Positions 6,677 through 16,656 are shown, counted from the first letter of the stretch. The stretch is DNA of 64,000 nt from an uncultured Clostridia bacterium (GCA_947632385.1 CANRPD010000004.1:190-64189), one strand, 5' to 3'. Made by a program: numbers and translations. The notes: generated by a model not told the origin, from the letters alone.

Positions 6677-8086
6677 ATGGGACGATCGAAAATGCTGCAG
6701 GTCCGGGAGCGGGCCGAGAAGGACCGGTTCGTGATGCTGTACCTGCGGGTCTCCACCGACCGGCAGGCGGAAGAGGGCTATTCCATCGCCATCCAGAAGG
6801 AGCGGCTGACCGCCTATGCCCATTCGCTGTTCGGCAGCGAGAATGTAAAGCTAGAATACTTTATAGACGACGGGTACAGCGGCGGGAACCTGGAGCGGCC
6901 GGAGATGCAGCGGATGATCGGGCTGATCCGCTCGGGGGTGGGGTCCCACGTGGTGGTGTACAAGCTGGACCGGCTCAGCCGCTCCCAGAAGGACACGCTG
7001 TACCTCATCGAGGACGTCTTTTTGGCCCATGACGTGGCCTTCGTGTCCATGCTGGAGAGCTTCAACACGGCCACGCCCTTTGGCCGGGCGGTGGTGGGGA
7101 TCCTTTCGGTCTTTGCCCAGCTGGAGCGGGAGAACATCTTTGAGCGGACCCGGAGCGGGATGCAGAAGCGGGTGGAATCCGGCCTGTGGATGGGCGGCGG
7201 CCGGGTGCCCTTTGGGTACGATTACGACCGGGAGCAGGGGATCCTGGTGCCCAACCGGGACGCGGACACCGTGCGCGCGGTATACGATCTGTATATCCAG
7301 GGGTACGCGCTGCAGCACATCGCCAACCTGCTGGGGCTCAAATACGAGCGGCTGGCGGCGCAGATCCTCACCCGGAAGTCCAACGCGGGGGTCATCGTCT
7401 ATAACGGAAAGGAGTACCCGGGGCGGCACGAGCCCATCGTCTCCATGGAGACGTATGAGACGGCCATGCGGCTGCTGCGGGAGCGCTCTGCCAAACGGAT
7501 GGTGACGAAGACGGATCACCTGCTCACCGGGCTGGTGCGCTGCGGCGTGTGCGGCGCCAAGATGCGGTACATAAAGTGGGGGAAGGATTCCAGCCGCTTG
7601 ATGTGCTACTCCCGGGAAAAGAGCAAGCCGTACCTGGTGCGGGACCCCAACTGCGACAACGAGCCCGCCGATGCCGACGCCATCGAGCGGATCGTCACCG
7701 AGGACCTGTTCGCCATGACCCGGCAGGCGGTGCCGGACCCGGAAACCGAGGCCGTGGAGGTGCTCCAAGTCCTGCGGGAACGCCTGGCGGCCTGCGCGCA
7801 TAAACTAAAACGACTGTACAACTTGTACAGCGCCGGGGAAGATGAGGTCCTGGTGGAGAGCATTGGAGAGGTCAAACGGGAAATGGCGGGGCTGCAGGAG
7901 CAGATCCGGGCGGAGGAAGAGCGGGGCGCCGTCAGCCGGGAAGCCCGGCGCACCCGGGAGAGCCTGGGGAACCTGGCCGGGGCGTGGCCCTGGATGACCC
8001 TGCAGGAGCGCCGGGCCGCCATACGATCGGTGGTGGAGTGCGTGGTGGTCACCCACAACCGGGTGCATATCCAATATAAGCTGTGA
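6677..8086 (+). CDS. Large serine recombinase (SpoIVCA/CisA-like)
   Basis: Catalytic LYLRVSTDRQ, YKLDRLSRS, FAQLERE. Recombinase domain, Zn-ribbon CGVCGAKM..C..C, coiled coil. GGAGG RBS. Confidence 0.96.
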   Translation: MGRSKMLQVRERAEKDRFVMLYLRVSTDRQAEEGYSIAIQKERLTAYAHSLFGSENVKLEYFIDDGYSGGNLERPEMQRMIGLIRSGVGSHVVVYKLDRLSRSQKDTLYLIEDVFLAHDVAFVSMLESFNTATPFGRAVVGILSVFAQLERENIFERTRSGMQKRVESGLWMGGGRVPFGYDYDREQGILVPNRDADTVRAVYDLYIQGYALQHIANLLGLKYERLAAQILTRKSNAGVIVYNGKEYPGRHEPIVSMETYETAMRLLRERSAKRMVTKTDHLLTGLVRCGVCGAKMRYIKWGKDSSRLMCYSREKSKPYLVRDPNCDNEPADADAIERIVTEDLFAMTRQAVPDPETEAVEVLQVLRERLAACAHKLKRLYNLYSAGEDEVLVESIGEVKREMAGLQEQIRAEEERGAVSREARRTRESLGNLAGAWPWMTLQERRAAIRSVVECVVVTHNRVHIQYKL

Positions 8087-8165
8087 GGGGGGCCCAGGGG
8101 ACTGGACAGGGCCGTTCGGGGGGCGGATCTGACCCGAAAGGTACGTTTTTTGACCTGGGTGGTTG

Positions 8166-8194
8166 TTGAAATTCAAAAAAAGCCGGTGTACAAT
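8166..8194 (+). promoter_or_regulatory. SigmaA-type promoter for the giant surface protein
   Basis: TTGAAA-17 bp-TACAAT. Confidence 0.65.
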
Positions 8195-8257
8195 AATACC
8201 ATCAGGAGAAGGGGGTCCCATACCCCGAGCGGTCGTTGAACCGATTTGTCAGAAAGG

Positions 8258-10294
8258 ATGGATGATCGTATGAAGAAGACCAGACGCTTCTGGAAGCCGA
8301 GCCGCTTCTTGGCACTGGTGCTGGCCATGCTGATGGTGTTCGCCAACGTGGGAGACGCGCTGGCCACGACCATTGAGGCAGTGGTCACCCCAGTCGAAGC
8401 TCCGGCAGAGCCCGACACTGCGGGTGACGAGATCGCCCCCGTAGAGCCGGCTGCGCCGACAGAAGAAGACACGCAGGACCCCGCAACACCGGAGCCCAGC
8501 GACAGCACGCCTGCTTCTCCGGAGGAGGAGACCTCATCGGAGCCCACGAACGAGCCCGAAGAGACCGAGCCCTCTGAGGACGCGCAGGATGCTGAAAAGT
8601 CCGAGGACTTGACAGACGAAACCGACGAGGCTGACAAGGAAGAAGACCTTACACCTTCCGAGCCTGCCAAGGGCGACGAAGCCGCCGAGGGTGAACCCCA
8701 GGACGGCGAGCCTGTGGAGAGCGGACCTTCCACCGAGGAAGGGGAGGACGAAGTCAGCGAATACACCCTGACGGTCTCTCACGTGCTGGATACCGAGAAC
8801 CTGGGCGAGATCCGCAGCGAGAAGACCTACACCCTCAGTGCCGAGGAAGTGGCCAACGGGTTTGAGCTGACCTCTCTGGCGATGGAGCGCACGGGCATGC
8901 GGCTGGTCACCAGCAGCACTGCGCTGACCGCAGAGAGCTTTGACGAGAACCACAACGGCCTGGCCACCCTGAATTATGTGGTGGCGGATGGGTACATGGT
9001 CATTGCCGATGGCGGCACGGTCTTCAAAGGGGAGATCCAAGACGTCACGTTCGTTGAAGGGGTCACCGTTCCGGTCAGTGTCAACGTGTATATCACATAC
9101 GGTCAGGAGAACGAGACCAAGATCTCCGTGTATAACGAGACGGCTGGTGCGGTGGTCCCGAAGGGTGGTTCTGGTGACTTCACGTATTCTCTTGCCGATA
9201 CACCATACAGCGATCAGGCAATTCGTGAAATTACCTCTACCCCGGAGGGTACCTTCAAAGTTGAGGGGAATACCATCACCGGCACGGTTTCGAATGATGG
9301 GACGACCTACTCCGTCGATATTTATCTGGCAGTTGCGACGTTGTCCTATACGGTTCAGCATCAGTATGGTGATAAGGTCGAAACTGAAACCCTGTACGGC
9401 ATTCAGGGCGCCATGACTGAGGCGAAACCCAAAGAATTCGACCACTACATTGCGCCGGAAACGGTTGAGAATGTGACTCTTGACAAGCCGGACATCGTCA
9501 TCGAAATCCAGTACGAGCCGATGACCTACCATGTCACCTATGATACCAACGGCGGCAGCTATGTACCGGCCAAGGATGGGAAGTATGGGACAGAGGTTGA
9601 GATTTGGTCTGGCGACCCGGGCAAGACCTGTCCTTTGGAAGAGCATACGCATATACCGGCATCTGGAGAAGCACGGTGGAATGCAGGACAAACTAGAGGC
9701 TGCTATACCAGCCAATATGTTCCTAGTGGTTTTTTGGGGATGGAAGGAAGCTGGCAATGGGTCTTGACCTGCGGCAAGGAGGGGCACACCCACAGTGCTG
9801 CATGCCAGGTTGCCAGCACATTAGACCCCGCAACCACGCGGCCTGGCTACACCTTTGATGGTTGGTATCTGGATGAGGCCTGCACCCAACCTGCACCGAA
9901 CCAGAAACAGCTGGAAAAAGATGTGACGGTTTACGCCAAGTGGACCTCTGATGGAACGACGGTTTCTTACACCATCGTATACATGAAGGAGCAGTATAAC
10001 GAGGCTGGGAATGCCACTGAGGATGTGTTCTATGATTCTACAACAGGACATGCACAGGTGGACAGCACAGTTACTGCTACAGGATTACGGAACAGGCCGT
10101 CCAACTATTATGACAATGGAACAGCCGGACCTTCGGCTGTTGTCAAGGCAGACGGCTCTACGGTGGTTTATTACTACTACAAGCTGAAGGAATATACCTA
10201 CACGTTCAATATCAATAACAGTCAAGCCACTCTGAACAAAGGCGGTCACAGTTATACTGGGAGCCAGTATGTATTGCATGTAAAACTAGGCTAG
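8258..10294 (+). CDS. N-terminal part of a giant cell-surface protein (signal peptide, acidic linker, InlB-B/Listeria-Bacteroides-type repeat); ends at an in-frame TAG
   Basis: Signal peptide KKTRRFWKPSRFLALVLAMLMVF..A (start 8258 or 8270). Repeat motif PGYTFDGWYLD. The frame continues without another stop into 10424-16081. Confidence 0.8.
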   Translation: MDDRMKKTRRFWKPSRFLALVLAMLMVFANVGDALATTIEAVVTPVEAPAEPDTAGDEIAPVEPAAPTEEDTQDPATPEPSDSTPASPEEETSSEPTNEPEETEPSEDAQDAEKSEDLTDETDEADKEEDLTPSEPAKGDEAAEGEPQDGEPVESGPSTEEGEDEVSEYTLTVSHVLDTENLGEIRSEKTYTLSAEEVANGFELTSLAMERTGMRLVTSSTALTAESFDENHNGLATLNYVVADGYMVIADGGTVFKGEIQDVTFVEGVTVPVSVNVYITYGQENETKISVYNETAGAVVPKGGSGDFTYSLADTPYSDQAIREITSTPEGTFKVEGNTITGTVSNDGTTYSVDIYLAVATLSYTVQHQYGDKVETETLYGIQGAMTEAKPKEFDHYIAPETVENVTLDKPDIVIEIQYEPMTYHVTYDTNGGSYVPAKDGKYGTEVEIWSGDPGKTCPLEEHTHIPASGEARWNAGQTRGCYTSQYVPSGFLGMEGSWQWVLTCGKEGHTHSAACQVASTLDPATTRPGYTFDGWYLDEACTQPAPNQKQLEKDVTVYAKWTSDGTTVSYTIVYMKEQYNEAGNATEDVFYDSTTGHAQVDSTVTATGLRNRPSNYYDNGTAGPSAVVKADGSTVVYYYYKLKEYTYTFNINNSQATLNKGGHSYTGSQYVLHVKLG

Positions 10295-10423
10295 GACATT
10301 TCCGGCCAGTGGCCGAGCAAGGGAGACTTTACGCCGGATAACCAGGCCAACCGGTTCAATGGATGGGATCCCAGTCATACCAATACCAATTATTTAACCA
10401 AACGTTATAAAGTTACAGAAGAG

Positions 10424-13400
10424 ATGCTGCCAAACAATGGCAACAGCGTTACGTTTACGGCACAGTGGAGCGGTAGTGTTTCTTCTCACAAGGTTGAATA
10501 CTGGCTGCAAGATGTGAGTGGCAACGGGTATACGAAGTCGGAAGAGTATTCTGAGACGTATAACTCCAACACGTCTGATCTAAGCGCGAAGGAGATTGCA
10601 GGTTATACGCATGTAAAAACGCCGCAAGGCTATAATGGTTCTTCTGGCAATACCTCCCGTTTCTACTATGACCGGCTTAAGTACAGCATCAAGTTCTATG
10701 TGGATGGGGAAGTAAATAAGACCGTGTCTGATGTTCGGTTTGACGCGAACATTCTAAACCAGTATTATGACCCCCAAAACACCAAGCCCAATGAGAGAGT
10801 ATTTGATGGCTGGTATGACAACGCCGAGCTGCAGGGCACCAAGTACACGTTTGACAAAATGCCCTCTCACGACCTGGTGCTGTATGCCAAGTGGGCGCCC
10901 AAGCAGGTGACCATTACCTACATGGACGACTCAAGAGAAATAGACCATGAGACAATTGGCTACGGCACAACGCCTCCGAATAAGTACAGTGAAAAGACAG
11001 GCTATGTCTTCGGAGGCTGGTACACCGATAAAGACCTGACCCAAAGCTTCGACATCAACGCCCCGCTGACGGAAGACCAAACCGTTTACGGCAAGTGGAC
11101 GCAGAAGGCGACTACTTCGTACACGGTGCGGTACGTGGATGAGGAGGACAACCTAATCCCCAAGACCGAGGAAATAGTAAAGTCTGACCGCCGTGTGGGT
11201 AGTTCCGTGACTGAGTTCGCGCCTGAATTCGAAGGCTACTATTTGGTGGGCAGCTACTCGCAGAGTATCGCAAGCCTGGACGCGGATCCTTCTAAAAACG
11301 TCATTAAATTTGTGTATGCCGAGAAGAACAGTAAGTACTACCAAGTGCGCTACACGAAAGGCGACGTTGACTATCCGGCTGATACTGACGGCAAAGAGTA
11401 CCCCATCACGAGCAATAGTATCACTGTTTGGGCAAATAAGGACATAGTCAATAAGCTTGCCCAAGAAGGGTATTCCATTGAAGGAAATGGCTCGGAAACG
11501 GTGTACTACAAGGTCGTGAAGGATCCCACTAATGGGATGGTTGTCACGTTCAACTTCGTGCCGACGGAGTTCTCCATTACCTATGAGGGCTTGGAAGATG
11601 CGACTGTAAGTGGCAACCCCGAGACCTACACGGTCAATGATGAGTCTTTCACACTGAATAACCCCACCAAAGAAGGTTATGAATTCCTTGGCTGGGAATT
11701 GACCAAGGGGCAGTCCGAATCCTTTGATGGCAAGCATGTCACCGTTGCTAAGGGTTCTGTCGGCGACTTGACGTTCACGGCGAACTGGAAGGCAAAGAGT
11801 TTCAATGTCCATGTGAAGCATGTGGTGCTGGAAACCAGAGAAACGTTGGAGGATTCTTATAACCAACCTGTCACAGGCCCCGCATGGCGGTGGGACGCCT
11901 CAGAGGAGGTTACTAAGTATCAGCCTAATGGCTATACTGATGAGACTAGCGGAACTCATTATGTCTGGGATCATGCGGCTTCGACTGTCCCAAATGAAAA
12001 ATGGGCTGGAGAAGGCTGGGAAAAGGATGGCGTTACCATTACCGTCTACTACGCCACGGATGCCAACAACGACGACATTGCTGATTCCGAGCAGAACGTT
12101 GTTGTGACAGTGAAAGGCCATACAGATTCCGTAACCTATGACGGACAAGAACATCCTGTCCAAGGTTATGACTTAGAAGTGGTTGTTGGCGATTCTGTTA
12201 GCAATGAGCTCCCGAAGGGGGTAGAGACTCAGTTCCTGGATCCCTCGGAAGCGACGGCTTCTGGTAAGGACGCTGACAATTACCCAATGGGTTTGCAGCA
12301 AGAAGACTTTACGGTTGTAGATAAGGGTAGCTTCGACAGCGTTACCGTTGTGGTAGAGGACGGCCAGCTGACGATCGAACCGCGCAAGGTGACGCTGACC
12401 TCTGCTGACGGCAGCAAGCAGTACGACGGCACGCCGCTGACGAACGATGAGATCACCGTGGGCGGTGATGGATTCGTCGAGGGCGAAGGTGCAACGTACA
12501 ACGTGACCGGCAGCCAGACGCTGGTCGGCGACAGCAAGAATGAGTTCACCTACACGCTGAACGAGGGCACCACGGCTAAGAACTACGAGATCACCAAGAC
12601 CGAAGGCACGCTGACGGTTACGGACCGCACCAACAAGTACGAGATCACGGTGAATGCGAACAGCGACACCGCGACCTACGACGGGCAGAACCACAGCGTA
12701 AGTGGTTTCGAGAGCCTGACCTTCGAGGTGGAGGGCAACACCTACACCGTGGAGGGCCTGAGTGCTTCCGCAAACGGCAAGGACGCTGGAACGTACGATT
12801 CTAAGGTGACCGGCACCGCGGTTGTGAAGGACGCTAAGGGCAACATCGTGACCGCACAGTTCACGGTGAATACCGTAGACGGCAAGCTGACGATCGACAA
12901 GAAGGCCGCAACGGTGAAGTCTGCCAGCGCCGAGAAGCAGTACGACGGCACTGAGCTGACCGCGCCGGAAGTGACCGGCGAAGGCTTCGTGGAAGGCGAG
13001 GGCGTGACCGGCACCGCGACTGGCAGCCAGACGCTGGTCGGCAGCAGCGAGAACCCGTTCACCTACAAGGCAAACGCGGGCACGAACCTTGAAAACTACA
13101 CGATCACCGAAACCAAGGGCACACTGACGGTTAAGGATCGCACCGAGAAGTACGAGATCACGGTGAATGCGAACAGCGACACCGCGACCTACGACGGGCA
13201 GAACCACAGCGTAAGTGGTTTCGAGAGCCTGACCTTCGAGGTGGAGGGCAACACCTACACCGTGGAGGGCTTGAGCGCTTCCGCAAGCGGCAAGGACGCG
13301 AAGGAGTATCCCAGCACTGTGACCGGCACCGCGGTTGTGAAGGACGCTGCTGGTAACGACGTGACCGCACAGTTCACGGTATCGACCGAGGACGGCAAGC

Positions 13401-16081
13401 TGACGATCAACAAGCGCAAGGTGACGCTGACCTCTGCGACGGACAGTAAGGAGTACGATGGCACACCGCTGACGAATGGCACAGTTACCGTGACCGGTGA
13501 TGGATTCGTCGAGGGCGAAGGTGCAACGTACACTGTGACCGGCAGTCAGTTGCTGGTTGGCAATACCGCGAATACGTTTGACTACACGCTGAACGAGGGC
13601 ACCAAGGCCACGAACTACGAGATCACCAAGACCGAAGGCACGCTGACGGTTACGGACCGCACCAACAAGTACGAGATCACGGTGAAGGCAAAGAGCGACA
13701 CCGTGACCTACGATGGCCGGGAGCATAACGTAAGTGGCTTTGAAAGCGTGACGGGTTCAGATATTACCGGTAACGCCGAAACGTTGGCATTCACACTGAA
13801 CGGCGTTACCTACACGGTAAGCGGCCTGAGTGCTTCTGTAAGCGCGACAAACGCGGGTGAATATACCAACGAAGTGACCGGCACCGCAGTTGTGAAGGAC
13901 GCTAAGGGAAACATCGTGACCGACCAGTTCACGGTGGAGACCGAGAACGGCACACTGAAGATTCAGTCGACGGGACTTACCGTGACCAAGACGGCTACCA
14001 GCAAGCCTGCGAATGGCGAAGCGTATGCCCTCGGTGAGGAGATCACCTACACGATCACCGTCAAGAACACTGGAGAAGTTGCCCTGACGGATGTCGAGGT
14101 AAATGATGGGCTGACCAACGATCAATGGTCGATTGGCCGTCTTGAACCGAATGCGACTGAGACCTTCACCGCTACGCATACTGTGACGGAAAACGACATC
14201 GCGGCTCGTGAAGTTGTGAACACCGCGACTGCAACAGGTCGTGCTAATAACCAGTATGAGGTGTCTGCGAACGCTACTGCGACCGTGAACACGGTTCCTG
14301 CGAACCGCCATGTGACGATCGAGAAGAAAGCGACGAGCACGGCTGCAAGAGAAGACGGCAAGTACGCCCTTGGTGAGACGATCACGTACAGCATCACGGT
14401 CACGAACGACGGCAACCAGACGGTTACGGATCTTACGGTGAATGATAAGCTGACCAATGATGAATGGACGATCGAATCCCTGGAGCCCGGTGCAAGCAAG
14501 ACCTTTACCACTTCGCATACTGTGAATGGGGATGACATCAAGGCTGGCAAAGTTGTGAACGAAGCGACTGCTACTAGCACTGACCCGAATGAGCCGGACG
14601 TTACTCCCGACACAGAAGAAGTACCGACAGTGACCGATTACGACTACACCGTCAATTACTATTATGACGATGAGTTGGGCGAGACAGTCAAGGGTAATCC
14701 AATTAAGTTTGGTGAACCCATCCCGTACGACAGGGAGAGCCCCAAAAAGTACGATGGCCACAACTATGTGTTCGAAAAAGTGACCAAGGGTCTCGATGAA
14801 AACAACGTAGAGGGTGTCATTACTACAAAGCCTGAATGGAACGTAGTTGATGTGTACTATGCGCTGGACGAGATGGGTGGTACTGATCCTGAGAATCCTG
14901 GCGACGAAATCGCTGACAAGTACCAGTATGAGATCATCTACCAGAGCGCTGGCAACGGCACGGTCGACCCGGCTGGCGGTGTGGTTACCACATTTGCCGA
15001 TGGCGCGACCAGTGGTACTGTGACTGCCTCCTCTACGGCTGAAGCCAATGAAGGTTACGCATTCGACGGCTGGACCAAAGGTGAAGAAATGCTGGACAGC
15101 GAAGCCCAACTGCACTACAGCTTCGAAGCCGAAGGTGGCCATACCTACACCTTCACCGCTCACTTCGATGTCGATGAGATCGGAACCGATCCTGAGGATC
15201 CTGAAAAACCCGGCGATGGTATCCCCGACAAGTATCAAGCGACCGTAACGTTCCATGTTGACAATGGTACTTGGGAGAATGGTGATACCGATGCCGTGCA
15301 AACGGTGGTTACACTCATGAAGGACGGCAAGCCTGCTGAAGACGGCGTAGCTTATCTGGAAGACGACCAAATCCCCACTGGTATGCGGCCGAACGAGAAT
15401 TACACGGGCGGTAGTTGGGGCGCGAACGTGCCTACGACGGATTTCCAAATCAAAGAGGACACGACCTTCACCTACAGCTTTGAGTCTGTTCCCACCCCCG
15501 ATCCGGACCCCGAAGAACCCGACGAGCCCGATCCGGAGGACCCGGATCCCGACGAACCCGAACCGACCGATCCCACCGATCCCGAGCCCGATGAGCCTGA
15601 ACCGACCGATCCTACCGATCCCGAGCCCGATGAGCCCGAACCGACCGATCCTACCGATCCTGAGCCCACGCCCGATGATCCCGACGAACCGGATGAGCCC
15701 GATGAGCCGGTCGTGCCTGTGACGCCGGACGAACCCACGCCTCCGGAAGGCCCGGCCGCCCCCGAGGGACCTGCAGCGCCTGACGCGCCCGCTCCCATCG
15801 TACCGGCGACCATCGCCCCTGAAGATGCGCCTTTGGCACCGGCTCCGGAAGAGGGACCTGCCACCATCGAGCCCGAAGCGGCTCCGCTGGCACCCGCTCC
15901 TGAGACCGACGAGCCCGAGGAGATCGTAGACGAGCCGGTTCCCACCACTGGGATCACTGAGATCGACTGCTGCATCCTCCACCTGATCATCATGCTGATT
16001 GCCTTTGTGGTTGGCGTTTACTACACCCACGACCGCAAGAAGCGGCAGGAGAAGGAATACGAAACGCGGATGGAGTTCTAA
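10424..16081 (+). CDS. C-terminal part of the giant surface protein/adhesin (InlB-B repeats, MucBP/MBG-like and DUF11-like repeats, Pro/Asp/Glu stalk, TM anchor)
   Basis: Motifs FDGWYDN, FGGWYTD, repeated TYDG units, EITYTITVKNTGEVALT. C-terminus VPTTG..CCILHLIIMLIAFVVGVYY..RKKRQ. Confidence 0.85.
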   Translation: MLPNNGNSVTFTAQWSGSVSSHKVEYWLQDVSGNGYTKSEEYSETYNSNTSDLSAKEIAGYTHVKTPQGYNGSSGNTSRFYYDRLKYSIKFYVDGEVNKTVSDVRFDANILNQYYDPQNTKPNERVFDGWYDNAELQGTKYTFDKMPSHDLVLYAKWAPKQVTITYMDDSREIDHETIGYGTTPPNKYSEKTGYVFGGWYTDKDLTQSFDINAPLTEDQTVYGKWTQKATTSYTVRYVDEEDNLIPKTEEIVKSDRRVGSSVTEFAPEFEGYYLVGSYSQSIASLDADPSKNVIKFVYAEKNSKYYQVRYTKGDVDYPADTDGKEYPITSNSITVWANKDIVNKLAQEGYSIEGNGSETVYYKVVKDPTNGMVVTFNFVPTEFSITYEGLEDATVSGNPETYTVNDESFTLNNPTKEGYEFLGWELTKGQSESFDGKHVTVAKGSVGDLTFTANWKAKSFNVHVKHVVLETRETLEDSYNQPVTGPAWRWDASEEVTKYQPNGYTDETSGTHYVWDHAASTVPNEKWAGEGWEKDGVTITVYYATDANNDDIADSEQNVVVTVKGHTDSVTYDGQEHPVQGYDLEVVVGDSVSNELPKGVETQFLDPSEATASGKDADNYPMGLQQEDFTVVDKGSFDSVTVVVEDGQLTIEPRKVTLTSADGSKQYDGTPLTNDEITVGGDGFVEGEGATYNVTGSQTLVGDSKNEFTYTLNEGTTAKNYEITKTEGTLTVTDRTNKYEITVNANSDTATYDGQNHSVSGFESLTFEVEGNTYTVEGLSASANGKDAGTYDSKVTGTAVVKDAKGNIVTAQFTVNTVDGKLTIDKKAATVKSASAEKQYDGTELTAPEVTGEGFVEGEGVTGTATGSQTLVGSSENPFTYKANAGTNLENYTITETKGTLTVKDRTEKYEITVNANSDTATYDGQNHSVSGFESLTFEVEGNTYTVEGLSASASGKDAKEYPSTVTGTAVVKDAAGNDVTAQFTVSTEDGKLTINKRKVTLTSATDSKEYDGTPLTNGTVTVTGDGFVEGEGATYTVTGSQLLVGNTANTFDYTLNEGTKATNYEITKTEGTLTVTDRTNKYEITVKAKSDTVTYDGREHNVSGFESVTGSDITGNAETLAFTLNGVTYTVSGLSASVSATNAGEYTNEVTGTAVVKDAKGNIVTDQFTVETENGTLKIQSTGLTVTKTATSKPANGEAYALGEEITYTITVKNTGEVALTDVEVNDGLTNDQWSIGRLEPNATETFTATHTVTENDIAAREVVNTATATGRANNQYEVSANATATVNTVPANRHVTIEKKATSTAAREDGKYALGETITYSITVTNDGNQTVTDLTVNDKLTNDEWTIESLEPGASKTFTTSHTVNGDDIKAGKVVNEATATSTDPNEPDVTPDTEEVPTVTDYDYTVNYYYDDELGETVKGNPIKFGEPIPYDRESPKKYDGHNYVFEKVTKGLDENNVEGVITTKPEWNVVDVYYALDEMGGTDPENPGDEIADKYQYEIIYQSAGNGTVDPAGGVVTTFADGATSGTVTASSTAEANEGYAFDGWTKGEEMLDSEAQLHYSFEAEGGHTYTFTAHFDVDEIGTDPEDPEKPGDGIPDKYQATVTFHVDNGTWENGDTDAVQTVVTLMKDGKPAEDGVAYLEDDQIPTGMRPNENYTGGSWGANVPTTDFQIKEDTTFTYSFESVPTPDPDPEEPDEPDPEDPDPDEPEPTDPTDPEPDEPEPTDPTDPEPDEPEPTDPTDPEPTPDDPDEPDEPDEPVVPVTPDEPTPPEGPAAPEGPAAPDAPAPIVPATIAPEDAPLAPAPEEGPATIEPEAAPLAPAPETDEPEEIVDEPVPTTGITEIDCCILHLIIMLIAFVVGVYYTHDRKKRQEKEYETRMEF
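12380..13980 (+). repeat. Three tandem two-domain repeats (~513-525 bp period) in the surface protein
   Basis: About 120 bp are identical between ~12637-12757 and ~13150-13270; the third copy is more diverged. Confidence 0.85.
15551..15667 (+). repeat. 3 x 39-bp tandem repeat encoding DEPEPTDPTDPEP
   Basis: Units start at 15551, 15590 and 15629. Confidence 0.85.
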
Positions 16082-16102
16082 ACAGTCATAGGAGAATGTG
16101 AA

Positions 16103-16294
16103 ATGGGCAATTTGCATCAATACGTTCACGAGACGTACGGGTTTTGCCTGTGGAACCTGCTGACCATCGTGCTGGCAGTGCTCCTGGTGGTTTGGCTGGT
16201 GGTGCATGTGGTACGCCAAAAGAAGCGTCAGCATGATTACCAGGATGAGCTGAGCCAAAAGACCCAGAACCTGAACGTCACAAAGAATCTGTAA
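16103..16294 (+). CDS. Small single-pass membrane protein
   Basis: AGGAGA RBS, one hydrophobic helix followed by RQKKRQ. Confidence 0.7.
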   Translation: MGNLHQYVHETYGFCLWNLLTIVLAVLLVVWLVVHVVRQKKRQHDYQDELSQKTQNLNVTKNL

Positions 16295-16310
16295 GAACTG
16301 ATTCCACAGC

Positions 16311-16342
16311 AGAAGCCCCCGACCAACTGGCCGGGGGCTTCT
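16311..16342 (+). terminator. Terminator-like hairpin after the surface-protein operon
   Basis: AGAAGCCCCCG..CGGGGGCTTCT. Confidence 0.6.
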
Positions 16343-16615
16343 CGTTTGCTGCGGGGAGGGGTCTCTTTTGCGCTGAGAGCTCCTACAAGACGTTTTTTGC
16401 TTGCAGGATGGGTTTCTATATTCCGGAACTGAAAGGCCCCTTCTCGGGGCTGTGAAGACCGTTTATGGAAATGCAAAAGCGAATCGGACGTTCCAATGCC
16501 TTTCTTTTTTGCTCTGACACCCCTAAAATCGATTTGAATTTGAAAGATGTGTTTCTATATTTCCAAGCAGAAAAGTCTCTTTATGAGGCGCAGAAGGCCC
16601 TTTATGGCGATGAGC

Positions 16616-16656
16616 AAAAAAACGGTCCTTCCCGGGGTGGGGAAGGACCGTTTTTT
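16616..16656. terminator. Bidirectional terminator ending the DUF5693 operon
   Basis: A-tract, AACGGTCCTTCCC / GGGAAGGACCGTT stem, T-tract. Confidence 0.75.

Noticed and set aside
10292-10294. Pyrrolysine or selenocysteine recoding
   Set aside because: No pyl genes in the window, and Sec uses TGA; a point mutation or sequencing error is more parsimonious
13757-16258. Long antisense ORFs (e.g. 13757-16258, 16794-19598, 23829-26114, 25926-28319, 41057-43207, and the 44740-47679 extension of pth)
   Set aside because: They are shadow frames opposite well-supported genes, a usual artefact of high GC3 codon bias
16405-16580. Short direct repeat GTTTCTATATT(C/T)C about 140 bp apart
   Set aside because: Only two degenerate copies between terminators, too little to assign a function
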